Source: Thiohalomonadaceae bacterium (GTDB taxonomy: Bacteria; Pseudomonadota; Gammaproteobacteria; Thiohalomonadales; Thiohalomonadaceae). From it: a stretch of DNA of 64,000 nt. Below are positions 10,660-19,641 of this stretch, one piece after another. The translations under genes were made by a program, and so were the position numbers. The notes beneath the pieces were generated by a model. That model made no database searches and was not told the DNA's origin. It saw only the letters and a program-made list of their open reading frames with translations. The stretch spans positions 69,359 to 133,358 of the forward strand of contig JBFFMJ010000008.1 of NCBI GenBank assembly GCA_041554195.1. The letters are read 5' to 3'. The stretch's first letter is position 1, and each line of letters starts with the position of its first letter.

Positions 10660-10662
10660 CCC

Positions 10663-13600
10663 ATGCTGGCCCGTCTGCTGCAGCACCATGTACTCGCCAA
10701 CCTCACCTTTGCGCTGGTGCTGGTGCTGGGTATCGCCGCCTACAACATGCTGCCGCGCGAGAAAGACCCCAGCATCAACTTCAACTGGATCCAGATCACT
10801 ACAGTGATGCCCGGTGCCTCCGCCGAGGATGTGGAGAAGCTGATCACCACCCCGCTGGAGGATGCAGTTGCCAAGATCTCCGACATCCGCTTTATCTCCA
10901 GCACCAGCCGCGAGTCGGTCTCCAGTGTGCTGGTACGTTTTAATGATCTGGATTCGCGTACCTTCGATAAGCGTCTCAACGACCTGCGTCGCGAGGTGCA
11001 GAATGTGGAGAATACCGAGCTGCCCGAGGTGGCACGCTCCCCCTTTATCTATGAGATCACCACGGCCAGCGCCTTCCCCACCGCCAGTCTGGTATTGCAG
11101 GGGCAGGCCAATGATGAGCAGCTGCGCCGGCAGGGGCGACTGCTGGGCAAGGATCTGGAGCGGCTGACGGGGATCGACCGGGTCGACTCCATCGGTCTGC
11201 TCGACCCGGAACTGAAGGTGGTGTTTGACCCGGCGCAGGTCAGTGCCCTGGGGCTGAGCCCCGGCGACCTGGCCGATACCGTCAGCCTCTATTTTCGCGA
11301 TATCTCCGCCGGTAGTGTGCGCATGGACAACCGTGAGGTGCTGCTGCGACTGGTGGGCACCGGTGAGGCCCCCGGTCTACTCGAATCGCTGCCGGTGGTG
11401 ACCGCCCAGGGGGAGGTAACGCTGGGGGCGCTGGCCGAGGTACGGCGCGAACGTGAACGGGCCGAGAGGCTGGTCAGTTTCGATGGGCAACCGGCGATGT
11501 TGATGTCGGTGTTCAAAAAGGAGAGTGCCAATACCCTGGAGCTGATCGAGCGGCTGAATGGTTTCATGGAAGAGCGCAACAAAACCCTTGATGCCTTTGG
11601 CCTGCAGCTGGTGCTGGTGGATGACCAGACCACCTCGACCCGCCACGCCATCAATGTGATGGAGACCAACGCGGTGCTGGGATTGATCCTGGTGCTCTTT
11701 GTCACCTGGGCCTTTCTCGGTTCGCGCATCGCCTTCTTTATTACCATCGGCATCCCCTTCACCTTGGCGGGCACCTTTCTGGTGCTCTCCAATATCGGCC
11801 AGACCCTGAACAATTCGATCCTGCTGGGGGTGGTGATCAGCCTCGGCATGCTGGTGGACGATGCGGTGGTGGTGGTAGAGGGGATCTACTATCGCGTACG
11901 CCACGGTATGGATGCGACAAAGGCCGCGGTGGAGTCGTTGCGAGAGGTTTTCGCCCCGGTCACCACCTCGGTGCTGACCACCATGGCTGCCTTCATGCCG
12001 CTGATGCTGATGCCCGGCATCCTCGGCCAGTTCATGATGGTGATCCCGCTGGTGGTCACCCTGGCGCTGGCGATCTCCCTGCTGGAGGCCTACTGGATCC
12101 TCCCCTCTCATGTGATCGGCGCGGGGGTCAACTTCAACAAACCCTCGCGCATACACCGCCACCGTGAACGCCTTACCCACTGGCTGCAGGTGAAGTATTC
12201 ACGCGCCCTGGTCAAGGCGATGCGCTACCCCGGGCGTGGTGCGGCGGTGGTGGCACTGCTGTTCGTGGTTGCCGTGGGGGCGCTGGCAACCGGTCGCATT
12301 AACGTCAACTTTTTTGCCATGGAGTCGATCCGCCTCTTCTACATTAATGTGGAGATGCCGCCGGGCACGCCGCTGGAGCGGAGCCTGCAGAAGAGTCGCG
12401 AGGCGGAGCAGCGCATTCAGGCCGGGCTGCTGGCAGGCGAGGTGCGCGGCATGGTGAGTTATGCCGGGTTGATGTTTACCGAGACCGAACCGCTGATCGG
12501 CAACAACTACGCCCAGGTGATGGTTAGCCTCAACCCGCAGCAGGGGGATATGCGTAGTGCCCACGAGGTGGTGGAGGCGGTGCGTCCGCTGCTGGCAGAC
12601 CTCACCGGTGTGGCCGAGCTCCACTTCTTCGAGATGAAGGATGGCCCCCCCACCGAGAAGCCGATTAAGGTGAAGGTGCGCGGCGATGACTTTGCACAGA
12701 TCAGTGCCGCCGTGGATGGACTAAAGGGGGTACTTGCCACCATCGACGGGGTGAGTGATATCAGCGATAACGACAGCCCCGGTGGCATGGAGTTAGTGCT
12801 TACTCTCAACCACGACGCGGTGAATCGGGCCGGACTCAATCCTGCGGTGCTGTCGCGGCTGATCCGCATGCTGGGTGACGGTGAGGTGGTCTCCAGCGTG
12901 CAGGCGCGCGGTGAGAAGGTCGAGGTGCGGGTGCTGGCCGAGCAGCAGCACAGTGATCTGGCGTCGCTGCTGCGCACCCCGGTGGCGCTGCCCAATGGCG
13001 GCGAGATGGCGCTGGGTGAGCTGGTAGATCACCAGGTGCAGTATGGGCGCTCGAACATCCGCCACCACAACCTGCGCCGCGCCATCACCCTGGAGGCCGA
13101 CCTTAACAAGGAGGTGATGGACACCGTTGCCGCCAATGCCGCGCTGGTAGCCGGCTGGCAGGCCATTGCCGCTGACTATCCCGGTATTAGTCTCGATTTT
13201 TCAGGTGAGCTGGACGATATCAACGAGAGCCTCGACTCCATCTTCGTCCTCTTCATCTTCGGTCTGGGGATGATCTACCTTATCCTCGGCACCCAGTTCG
13301 AGAGCTACTTTCAGCCGCTGCTGATTATCGCCACCATCCCGATGGCCCTTACCGGAGTGCTGCTTGGCCTCTGGATCACCGGTAATCCGCTCAGCCTCTA
13401 TACCCTCTACGGGGTGGTGGCGCTGGGCGGCATTGCCGTCAATGCCGCGATTGTGCTGATCTCCGCCGCCAACCAGCGGATTGCGCTGGGGATGAGTGTG
13501 CTGCATGCCACGGTCTATGCGGCGCGCAGGCGCTTTATCCCGATCATTATTACCTCGCTGACCACCATCGCCGGGCTGTTCTCGCTGGCCGTGGGGCTGG

Positions 13601-13773
13601 GGGGGCACTCGCTGATCTGGGGGCCGGTGGCCACCGCCATCGTCTGGGGGCTCGCCTTCTCCACGGTGCTGACCCTGTTTGCCACACCGATGCTCTACCG
13701 CTTTTTTATGGATAACCGCGAAGGTCTCTACCGGCGCTTCTGTTACTGGTGCAAACGCGGGCTGAAACCGTGA
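10663..13773 (+). CDS. Efflux RND permease (AcrB/HAE family)
   Basis: 1036 aa with a 12-TM pseudo-duplicated architecture and two large periplasmic loops, typical of AcrB-type pumps. No outer-membrane factor gene is adjacent. Confidence 0.9.
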   Translation: MLARLLQHHVLANLTFALVLVLGIAAYNMLPREKDPSINFNWIQITTVMPGASAEDVEKLITTPLEDAVAKISDIRFISSTSRESVSSVLVRFNDLDSRTFDKRLNDLRREVQNVENTELPEVARSPFIYEITTASAFPTASLVLQGQANDEQLRRQGRLLGKDLERLTGIDRVDSIGLLDPELKVVFDPAQVSALGLSPGDLADTVSLYFRDISAGSVRMDNREVLLRLVGTGEAPGLLESLPVVTAQGEVTLGALAEVRRERERAERLVSFDGQPAMLMSVFKKESANTLELIERLNGFMEERNKTLDAFGLQLVLVDDQTTSTRHAINVMETNAVLGLILVLFVTWAFLGSRIAFFITIGIPFTLAGTFLVLSNIGQTLNNSILLGVVISLGMLVDDAVVVVEGIYYRVRHGMDATKAAVESLREVFAPVTTSVLTTMAAFMPLMLMPGILGQFMMVIPLVVTLALAISLLEAYWILPSHVIGAGVNFNKPSRIHRHRERLTHWLQVKYSRALVKAMRYPGRGAAVVALLFVVAVGALATGRINVNFFAMESIRLFYINVEMPPGTPLERSLQKSREAEQRIQAGLLAGEVRGMVSYAGLMFTETEPLIGNNYAQVMVSLNPQQGDMRSAHEVVEAVRPLLADLTGVAELHFFEMKDGPPTEKPIKVKVRGDDFAQISAAVDGLKGVLATIDGVSDISDNDSPGGMELVLTLNHDAVNRAGLNPAVLSRLIRMLGDGEVVSSVQARGEKVEVRVLAEQQHSDLASLLRTPVALPNGGEMALGELVDHQVQYGRSNIRHHNLRRAITLEADLNKEVMDTVAANAALVAGWQAIAADYPGISLDFSGELDDINESLDSIFVLFIFGLGMIYLILGTQFESYFQPLLIIATIPMALTGVLLGLWITGNPLSLYTLYGVVALGGIAVNAAIVLISAANQRIALGMSVLHATVYAARRRFIPIIITSLTTIAGLFSLAVGLGGHSLIWGPVATAIVWGLAFSTVLTLFATPMLYRFFMDNREGLYRRFCYWCKRGLKP

Positions 13774-13809
13774 TAGCAATGCCCCAGTAATGGGCGCTGT
13801 TCTCTGGAT

Positions 13810-13904
13810 TGCACATTCGTGGTGCGCTCGTGGTGTTCTGATGCACCATACCTTTGCCTAACGCACTGATTTTGCATAAGGCACCAAGTTGGTGTGATTC
13901 TTGC
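13810..13904 (+). promoter_or_regulatory. Putative NtrC-binding palindromes plus a sigma-54 -24/-12 element upstream of amt
   Basis: TGCACattcgTGGTGCg (13810-13826) and gGCACCaagtTGGTGtg (13880-13896) resemble TGCACC-N4-TGGTGCA. TGGtgtgattcTTGC (13890-13904) has the GG-N10-GC spacing and lies 39 nt before the ATG. An alternative is cGCACtgattTTGCA at 13862-13876. Confidence 0.35.
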
Positions 13905-13942
13905 CCAATTGCCGCTAATCATTTTTATTTGTGGGGAGAAAC

Positions 13943-15136
13943 ATGGAAAACACGAGCGGTATCGATACTCTATTTGTCCTGTTGGGCGCCATTATGGTGC
14001 TGGCGATGCACGCCGGTTTCGCCTTTCTTGAGGTGGGCACAGTGCGCAAGAAGAATCAGGTCAATGCACTGGTTAAGATCATTTCTGATTTTGCCGTCTC
14101 AACCATTGCCTACTTCTTTATCGGTTACAGCGTCGCCTACGGCATGAGTTTCTTCGAGGCCGCCCCGGTCCTTACCGCAAAAAATGGCTATGAGCTGGTG
14201 AAGTTCTTCTTCCTGCTCACCTTTGCCGCCGCCATTCCGGCGATCATCTCCGGCGGTATCGCCGAGCGGGCCAAGTTTAATCCGCAGCTGGCGGCCACCT
14301 TTGTGCTGGTGGCGCTTGTTTACCCCTTCTTTGAGGGGATCACCTGGAACGGTAACTACGGCGTTCAGGCCTGGATTGGCGCCACCTTCGGTGCCGAATT
14401 CCACGACTTTGCCGGTTCCGTGGTGGTGCATGCGATGGGTGGCTGGATTGCACTGGGGGCGGCGGTATTGCTGGGTCATCGCAAGGGACGCTATGGCAAG
14501 AACGGTGAGGTCTACGCCCACCCGCCCTCAAGCATCCCCTTCCTCGCCCTGGGTGCCTGGATCCTTACCGTCGGCTGGTTCGGCTTTAACGTGATGTCGG
14601 CGCAGAGTGTCGATGGGATCTCCGGTCTGGTCGCCGTCAACTCACTCATGGCGATGGTCGGTGGCATCCTCGCCGCCTTAATCACCGGTAAAAACGACCC
14701 CGGCTTCGTCCACAACGGCCCGCTCGCCGGTCTGGTCGCGATCTGTGCCGGTTCCGACCTGATGCATCCAATGGGCGCATTGATCACCGGCCTCATCGCC
14801 GGCGGTCTGTTCGTCTGGACCTTCACCCTGGTGCAGAACAAATGGAAGATCGACGATGTGCTCGGTGTCTGGCCGCTGCATGGCCTGTGCGGAGCCTGGG
14901 GCGGCATCGCCGCCGGTATCTTCGGCCTGGAGGCCCTCGGTGGCATGGGTGGTGTGACCTTCATGGGTCAGCTCGCTGGCACTGTGATTGGCGTTAGCAT
15001 CGCCACCGCCGCTGGTTTCATCGTCTACGGCGCGTTGAAGAAGATGGTCGGAATTCGCCTCTCCGAAGAGGAGGAGTTTGAAGGGGCCGACCTGGCGATT
15101 CACAAGATTGCGGCGGAGCCGAATTACGACCGTTAA
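13943..15136 (+). CDS. amtB: Ammonium transporter (Amt family)
   Basis: About 397 aa and 11-12 TM segments. Amt signature blocks: AFLEVG, DFAGSVVVHAMGGW, VHGLCGAWGGIA-like WPLHGLCGAWGGI. Confidence 0.9.
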   Translation: MENTSGIDTLFVLLGAIMVLAMHAGFAFLEVGTVRKKNQVNALVKIISDFAVSTIAYFFIGYSVAYGMSFFEAAPVLTAKNGYELVKFFFLLTFAAAIPAIISGGIAERAKFNPQLAATFVLVALVYPFFEGITWNGNYGVQAWIGATFGAEFHDFAGSVVVHAMGGWIALGAAVLLGHRKGRYGKNGEVYAHPPSSIPFLALGAWILTVGWFGFNVMSAQSVDGISGLVAVNSLMAMVGGILAALITGKNDPGFVHNGPLAGLVAICAGSDLMHPMGALITGLIAGGLFVWTFTLVQNKWKIDDVLGVWPLHGLCGAWGGIAAGIFGLEALGGMGGVTFMGQLAGTVIGVSIATAAGFIVYGALKKMVGIRLSEEEEFEGADLAIHKIAAEPNYDR

Positions 15137-15159
15137 GTTGCATGGTTGTGATGAAAAGA

Positions 15160-15187
15160 AAAGACGGGCTGGGACGCCCGTTTTTTG
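15160..15187 (+). terminator. Rho-independent terminator after amt
   Basis: Stem acgggc/gcccgt (15164-15181) followed by TTTTTTG. Confidence 0.6.
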
Positions 15188-15513
15188 TGTGTGTTTTCGG
15201 CCAGTAGCGGTCCTCACGATCAATGGACGCGCACAGCCGCTTTCAGCAGAAAGCAGCCTCATACACTAGTTAGCTCTCCAATATGGTCATTGGAGTCACA
15301 AGCACTGCCGGAAAGTAAACTATGCTATAGATAGTGTTGTACCAGATTGTTGAAACACCTCATGTTAGCGCTAAACTTATTCTTGTCCCTCAGAGTAGCC
15401 TTGGGCTGTAACCGCGCCATCGTTGTGGGTAGTCATTATACATGTGATTCCGGCTATTTATGAGGCACCTCCCGTTTTAGGCTGAGTAAGTTTAAAAAAA
15501 GGAATAATCTGTC

Positions 15514-18500
15514 ATGGGTTTGATGGCACTCACAACAATTAGCACACGTTTAATGACACCCCCAGCGATGCTGCTTATTTTACTGAGCCTGCTGGCTTTA
15601 AACGGATGTACCAGTGGTGGCGGGGGGGCGACTCTGGTTGCGACTGACGACGATGCAACTACTGTTGAGGGCATGGTAGTGTGGATTGATGTTCTGGACA
15701 ATGATGTAGGCCCAGACATATACATTGCGGATGCCGAATGGCCGCTCCATGGCACCATCGCAATCCTGCCGGAAGGTAAGGGCATAAGTTACCAGCCCGA
15801 CACAGGCTTCATCGGCACCGATAGTTTTACTTACAGTATTGATAGTCCTTCTGCTGAAGCGGTCTCTGCCACAGTGTCGATTAGCGTTATAGCCGCTAAT
15901 ACCGAAGGCCTGGCAGCAGCTAATGACGGTGCCACCACTTTTATGAATGCCCCGGTATTGATTGATGTGCTGGCCAATGATTCTGGCATTGATAATCAAA
16001 TTACGTCGGTGAGTGTGCCAACCAGTGGCACGGCTACTATTGAAGCCATGGGTATCAACTATAAGCCAATTACTGGCTTCACCGGTACCGACACCTTTAC
16101 CTACGAAGTAAGAGACCATAAAGGCGCTGTTGCAAAAGCGTCAGTTACTGTTTTTATTAGGGATAAATACAACGATCCAGTGGCTGTCGATGACCCCGCC
16201 ACCGTGAGAGAATCCGCACCTGAGCCGATACAGATCAACGTTCTAAGTAACGACTATGATCTTGATGGGGATCCGCTCAGCATTGTTGCTGTGGCTCAAC
16301 CAGCCAACGGCAATACCTCTGGCGTCTCCACCTCAATCATTAGTTACCTGCCGGCACCCGGGTTCAGCGGCGCCGATGACTTCTTCTACATGATTAGCGA
16401 TGGCCTCGGCGGTACGGCAGTCGCGTCGGTCAATCTCACGGTTACACCAAACACGCCTCCTGTAGCTGTTAATGACGCTTTTACAGCCGTTCAGGGTTTA
16501 TCAGTGACCCACGACGTGGTGTTCAATGATAGCGATGCCGACGGTGACAACCTTCGTATAACCGGGGTGACACAGCCATTCCATGGCGTCGTCACCATCG
16601 CATCTTCAACAACGGTCAGCTACACCTCTGATATAGATTTTGCCGGCACGGACCCCTTTACTTATACCATCAGCGATGGCTACGGTGGCACGAGCACCGC
16701 GTTCGTCACTGTCTCAGTGTTAACGAAACCTAATACGCCCCCCATCGCGAATGACGATCGCGCAACCACCTTAGTGAATACTCCGGTGACAATCGATGTG
16801 CTTGCCAATGACACCGATGCAGACGGGGATAACCTCAGCGTGATAGCCGTAGACCCGTTACTATATGATGACACTGCTACCATCGTGCCCGGGGGGATTG
16901 AATATACGGTCACAAGTGGCTTTGTGGGGCGACGAGTCTTTGGCTATACCGTGAGTGACGGAAGAGGTGGCACCGACTACGCTACCGTCGATCTCGCCAT
17001 TCGGGATGGTTCAGTAAATATACTGCCGGTGGTGGTGGATGACTTCGCCACCACTACAAAAGATACTCCGGTACAAATCGATGTACTGGCGAATGACTAC
17101 GATGTGGACGGAGATACACTTCTTCCTTTTACTACAAGTGAACCTGCCCACGGTACCGTCACAGGAGGTCATTCATCTGAGTTATTTTTGTATACACCCA
17201 ATCCAGGCTTCAGTGGTACCGATACTTTCACTTATAGCGTTAGTGATGGACAAGTAACAGGCACACCAAGCCCAGCGACCGTCACGATTACGGTGACTAA
17301 CACGCCCCCCATCACGGTGAACGACACGGCGAGTACCGTGGAGGACACTCCGTTAACAATCGATGTGCTGGCCAATGATACCGATGCTGACGGGGATAAC
17401 CTCAGCGTGATAGCCGTGGACTCGCCAACAACACAGGGCGGTACCACCACCATCGTAGCCGGGGAGATTGTGTATCAGCCTGCCAGTGGCTACATCGGTG
17501 AAGACACCTTTATCTATGTCGTGAGTGACTTTGATGGTGGTACGGATAAAGCGACGGTTACGATCACGGTAACTGCTGCACCAAACACACCACCTGTTGC
17601 AGTGAACGACACGGCGAGTACCGTAGAGGACACTCCGTTAACAATCGATGTGCTGGCCAATGATACCGATGCTGACGGGGACAACCTCAGCGTGATAGCC
17701 GTGGACTCGCCAACAGCACAGGGTGGTACCGCAGCCATCGTAACCGGGGGGATTGAATACACGCCCACCGGTAGCTATGTGGGGGACGACACCTTTACCT
17801 ATACCGTGAGTGATGGTCATGGTGGTACGGATACGGCAACGGTCACTGTTACGGTCGATCCTGCGTCTTTGGCTCCCGTCATCAGAGTATCAGTAGACTC
17901 ATTCGGCAACCAGGCACTTGGCAGCAATTTCTTCCTAACAGGTAGCCCAGTCATCAGTGCCAATGGTCGCTATGTGGCCTTCCGTTCAGCTGCTGACAAT
18001 CTGGTGGCCGGTGATAGTTACGGCTATCAGGATATATTCCTCCACGATATCGGTACTGGTACAACTACTCGGGTCTCGGTGGACTATGCGGGTAACGAGT
18101 TTGTTGGCGACAGTCGAGATCCGGCAATCAATGCTGACGGCCGCTACGTGGCCTTCCGTGTACTCACCGAAATTTTCCTGCATGATACTCAGGCAGGTAC
18201 CTCCACCCAGGTCTCGGTGGATTCGGCCGGTAACTCGTCAAACGGTGATAACTTCTATCCAGACATCAGTGCGGATGGAACAAAAATAGTCTTCTACTCC
18301 AATGCAACCAACTTGGTGAGCAGTGATACCAACGGCGTGATCGATATATTCCTGCATGACACAGGCAGTGGTACAACCACGCGTATCTCGATGGGTCACG
18401 ATGGCAGTGAGGCGGATGGCAACAGTATCTACCCGGCAATCAGCGCCGATGGCAAGTTCGTAGCCTTTGAGTCTGATGCTACCAACCTGGTGACGGGGGA

Positions 18501-19080
18501 TACGAATGGCAAGACGGATATTTTCCTTTATGAAACTGCCACCGGTATCACCACTCGCGTTTCGGTCGACTCGAGTGGCAATCAGGGTACCAACCCGAGT
18601 CGCAAACCGACCATCAGTGCCGACGGGCAATTTGTCGCCTTCGAATCCTCCGCAAATAATCTGGTGAGTGGAGACACCAACGTGGCCTACGATATCTTCG
18701 TGCGGGATACTGTGGGTGATACCACCACTCGCGTATCGGTGGCCTCTGACGGTACGCAGTCCACAGACTATGAAAATAGCAATAGTCCGGCAATCAGTGA
18801 TGATGGCCGTTATGTGACCTTCTACTCTAATGCCACTAACCTGGTGACAGGGGATAGCAATATGGTGTCGGACATCTTCAGGCATGACAGGCAAACCGGT
18901 GACACTACCCGTGTATCGGTGGATGCGGCCGGGACCCAAGCCAACGGTGCCAGTGTCTTCCCCGAGATCAGCGCAGATGGCCGTTACGTGGTCTACTATT
19001 CAGCGGCTGGTAATTTGGTTAGCGGGGATACCAACGGGGTGGATGATGCCTTCCGTGTAGATGTTACGGCTCTACCCTAA
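15514..19080 (+). CDS. Large surface lipoprotein: ~8 tandem cadherin-like/Ig-like ~95-aa modules plus a C-terminal 7-bladed TolB/PD40-like beta-propeller
   Basis: Lipobox LLALNGC. Repeated modules follow the pattern DDxATTxEDTPVxIDVLANDxDxDGDxLxV....YTPxxGFxGxDxFTYTVSDGxGGT. From about 17878 there are seven ~45-58-aa repeats of the form RVSVDSxGNxxNGxSxxPxISADGRYVAFxSxAxNLVxGDTNGxxDIFxxD. Visibly lower GC than its neighbours. Confidence 0.8.
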   Translation: MGLMALTTISTRLMTPPAMLLILLSLLALNGCTSGGGGATLVATDDDATTVEGMVVWIDVLDNDVGPDIYIADAEWPLHGTIAILPEGKGISYQPDTGFIGTDSFTYSIDSPSAEAVSATVSISVIAANTEGLAAANDGATTFMNAPVLIDVLANDSGIDNQITSVSVPTSGTATIEAMGINYKPITGFTGTDTFTYEVRDHKGAVAKASVTVFIRDKYNDPVAVDDPATVRESAPEPIQINVLSNDYDLDGDPLSIVAVAQPANGNTSGVSTSIISYLPAPGFSGADDFFYMISDGLGGTAVASVNLTVTPNTPPVAVNDAFTAVQGLSVTHDVVFNDSDADGDNLRITGVTQPFHGVVTIASSTTVSYTSDIDFAGTDPFTYTISDGYGGTSTAFVTVSVLTKPNTPPIANDDRATTLVNTPVTIDVLANDTDADGDNLSVIAVDPLLYDDTATIVPGGIEYTVTSGFVGRRVFGYTVSDGRGGTDYATVDLAIRDGSVNILPVVVDDFATTTKDTPVQIDVLANDYDVDGDTLLPFTTSEPAHGTVTGGHSSELFLYTPNPGFSGTDTFTYSVSDGQVTGTPSPATVTITVTNTPPITVNDTASTVEDTPLTIDVLANDTDADGDNLSVIAVDSPTTQGGTTTIVAGEIVYQPASGYIGEDTFIYVVSDFDGGTDKATVTITVTAAPNTPPVAVNDTASTVEDTPLTIDVLANDTDADGDNLSVIAVDSPTAQGGTAAIVTGGIEYTPTGSYVGDDTFTYTVSDGHGGTDTATVTVTVDPASLAPVIRVSVDSFGNQALGSNFFLTGSPVISANGRYVAFRSAADNLVAGDSYGYQDIFLHDIGTGTTTRVSVDYAGNEFVGDSRDPAINADGRYVAFRVLTEIFLHDTQAGTSTQVSVDSAGNSSNGDNFYPDISADGTKIVFYSNATNLVSSDTNGVIDIFLHDTGSGTTTRISMGHDGSEADGNSIYPAISADGKFVAFESDATNLVTGDTNGKTDIFLYETATGITTRVSVDSSGNQGTNPSRKPTISADGQFVAFESSANNLVSGDTNVAYDIFVRDTVGDTTTRVSVASDGTQSTDYENSNSPAISDDGRYVTFYSNATNLVTGDSNMVSDIFRHDRQTGDTTRVSVDAAGTQANGASVFPEISADGRYVVYYSAAGNLVSGDTNGVDDAFRVDVTALP
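16789..16854 (+). repeat. Third, shorter copy of the intragenic near-identical repeat
   Basis: 66 bp (acaatcgatgtgcttgccaatgacaccgatgcagacggggataacctcagcgtgatagccgtagac). It differs at 4 positions from 17356-17421. Confidence 0.8.
17317..17445 (+). repeat. Intragenic near-identical repeat, copy 1 (129 bp)
   Basis: Matches 17602-17730 with 4 transition mismatches. The offset is exactly 285 bp, which is 95 codons or one module. Confidence 0.9.
17602..17730 (+). repeat. Intragenic near-identical repeat, copy 2 (129 bp)
   Basis: See copy 1. Both encode VNDTASTVEDTPLTIDVLANDTDADGDNLSVIAVDSPT(T/A)QGGT. Confidence 0.9.
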
Positions 19081-19407
19081 GTAGGTTGATCGTGGATTAA
19101 TGGGAAATGGATCTTCCCACCACGCAGTTGCTGCTGGCTTTATTACTGCAAGATGGCAGAGGTATGTGTTCGCAGGAACAGGACATTATTTCAAGCGCTA
19201 CTTCTCATACTTAATCGTACTTGGTGATAGAATGTTCACTTCTGGCTAGGAGCGGGTATCTCGCTACCATCCAGATAAGGTCGCCTTTGGTCGCTTAGGA
19301 GGCGTAGCGCGTAGGCTAGGCTGAGAAACAAACCCCAACACGGTAGGTAGAATCTATTGGTGTTTACGTCTGTTCACCCCAACCTACGGTACTAAAATTA
19401 CTATATT

Positions 19408-19546
19408 GATCCCCCCTCTCCCTTACCCTCTCCTTGAAGGAGAGGGGATAGCAATAGTGACTTCAGAATTTGGCGTTAGAGTGGGTCAGCCTGATGGCAG
19501 AAAAAGCCCCTCTCCCCAAGGGAGATGGGTTGGGGAGAGGGGGATC
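19408..19546. repeat. MITE/REP-like element with CCCCTCTCC / GGAGAGGGG inverted repeats
   Basis: Terminal inverted repeat gatcccccctctccc (19408-19422) versus ggggagagggggatc (19532-19546). Internal hairpins: an 8-bp stem at 19426-19446 and an 11-bp stem at 19507-19542. No coding capacity. Confidence 0.45.
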
Positions 19547-19641
19547 TAAACAGGCTTTTGTTTAGGGCAATTCAATCCTCGGTAAATTACCAGACGGCAC
19601 AACAACCCTGTCGCACAACAGTATTGTTGTATTTCCTTCTA

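Noticed and set aside
16789-17730. A diversity-generating retroelement (template/variable repeat) as an explanation for the near-identical intragenic repeats.
   Set aside because: There is no reverse transcriptase or accessory gene in the window. The four mismatches are G/A, T/C, A/G and C/T transitions, not adenine-specific substitutions. Both copies are in-frame modules of the same protein.
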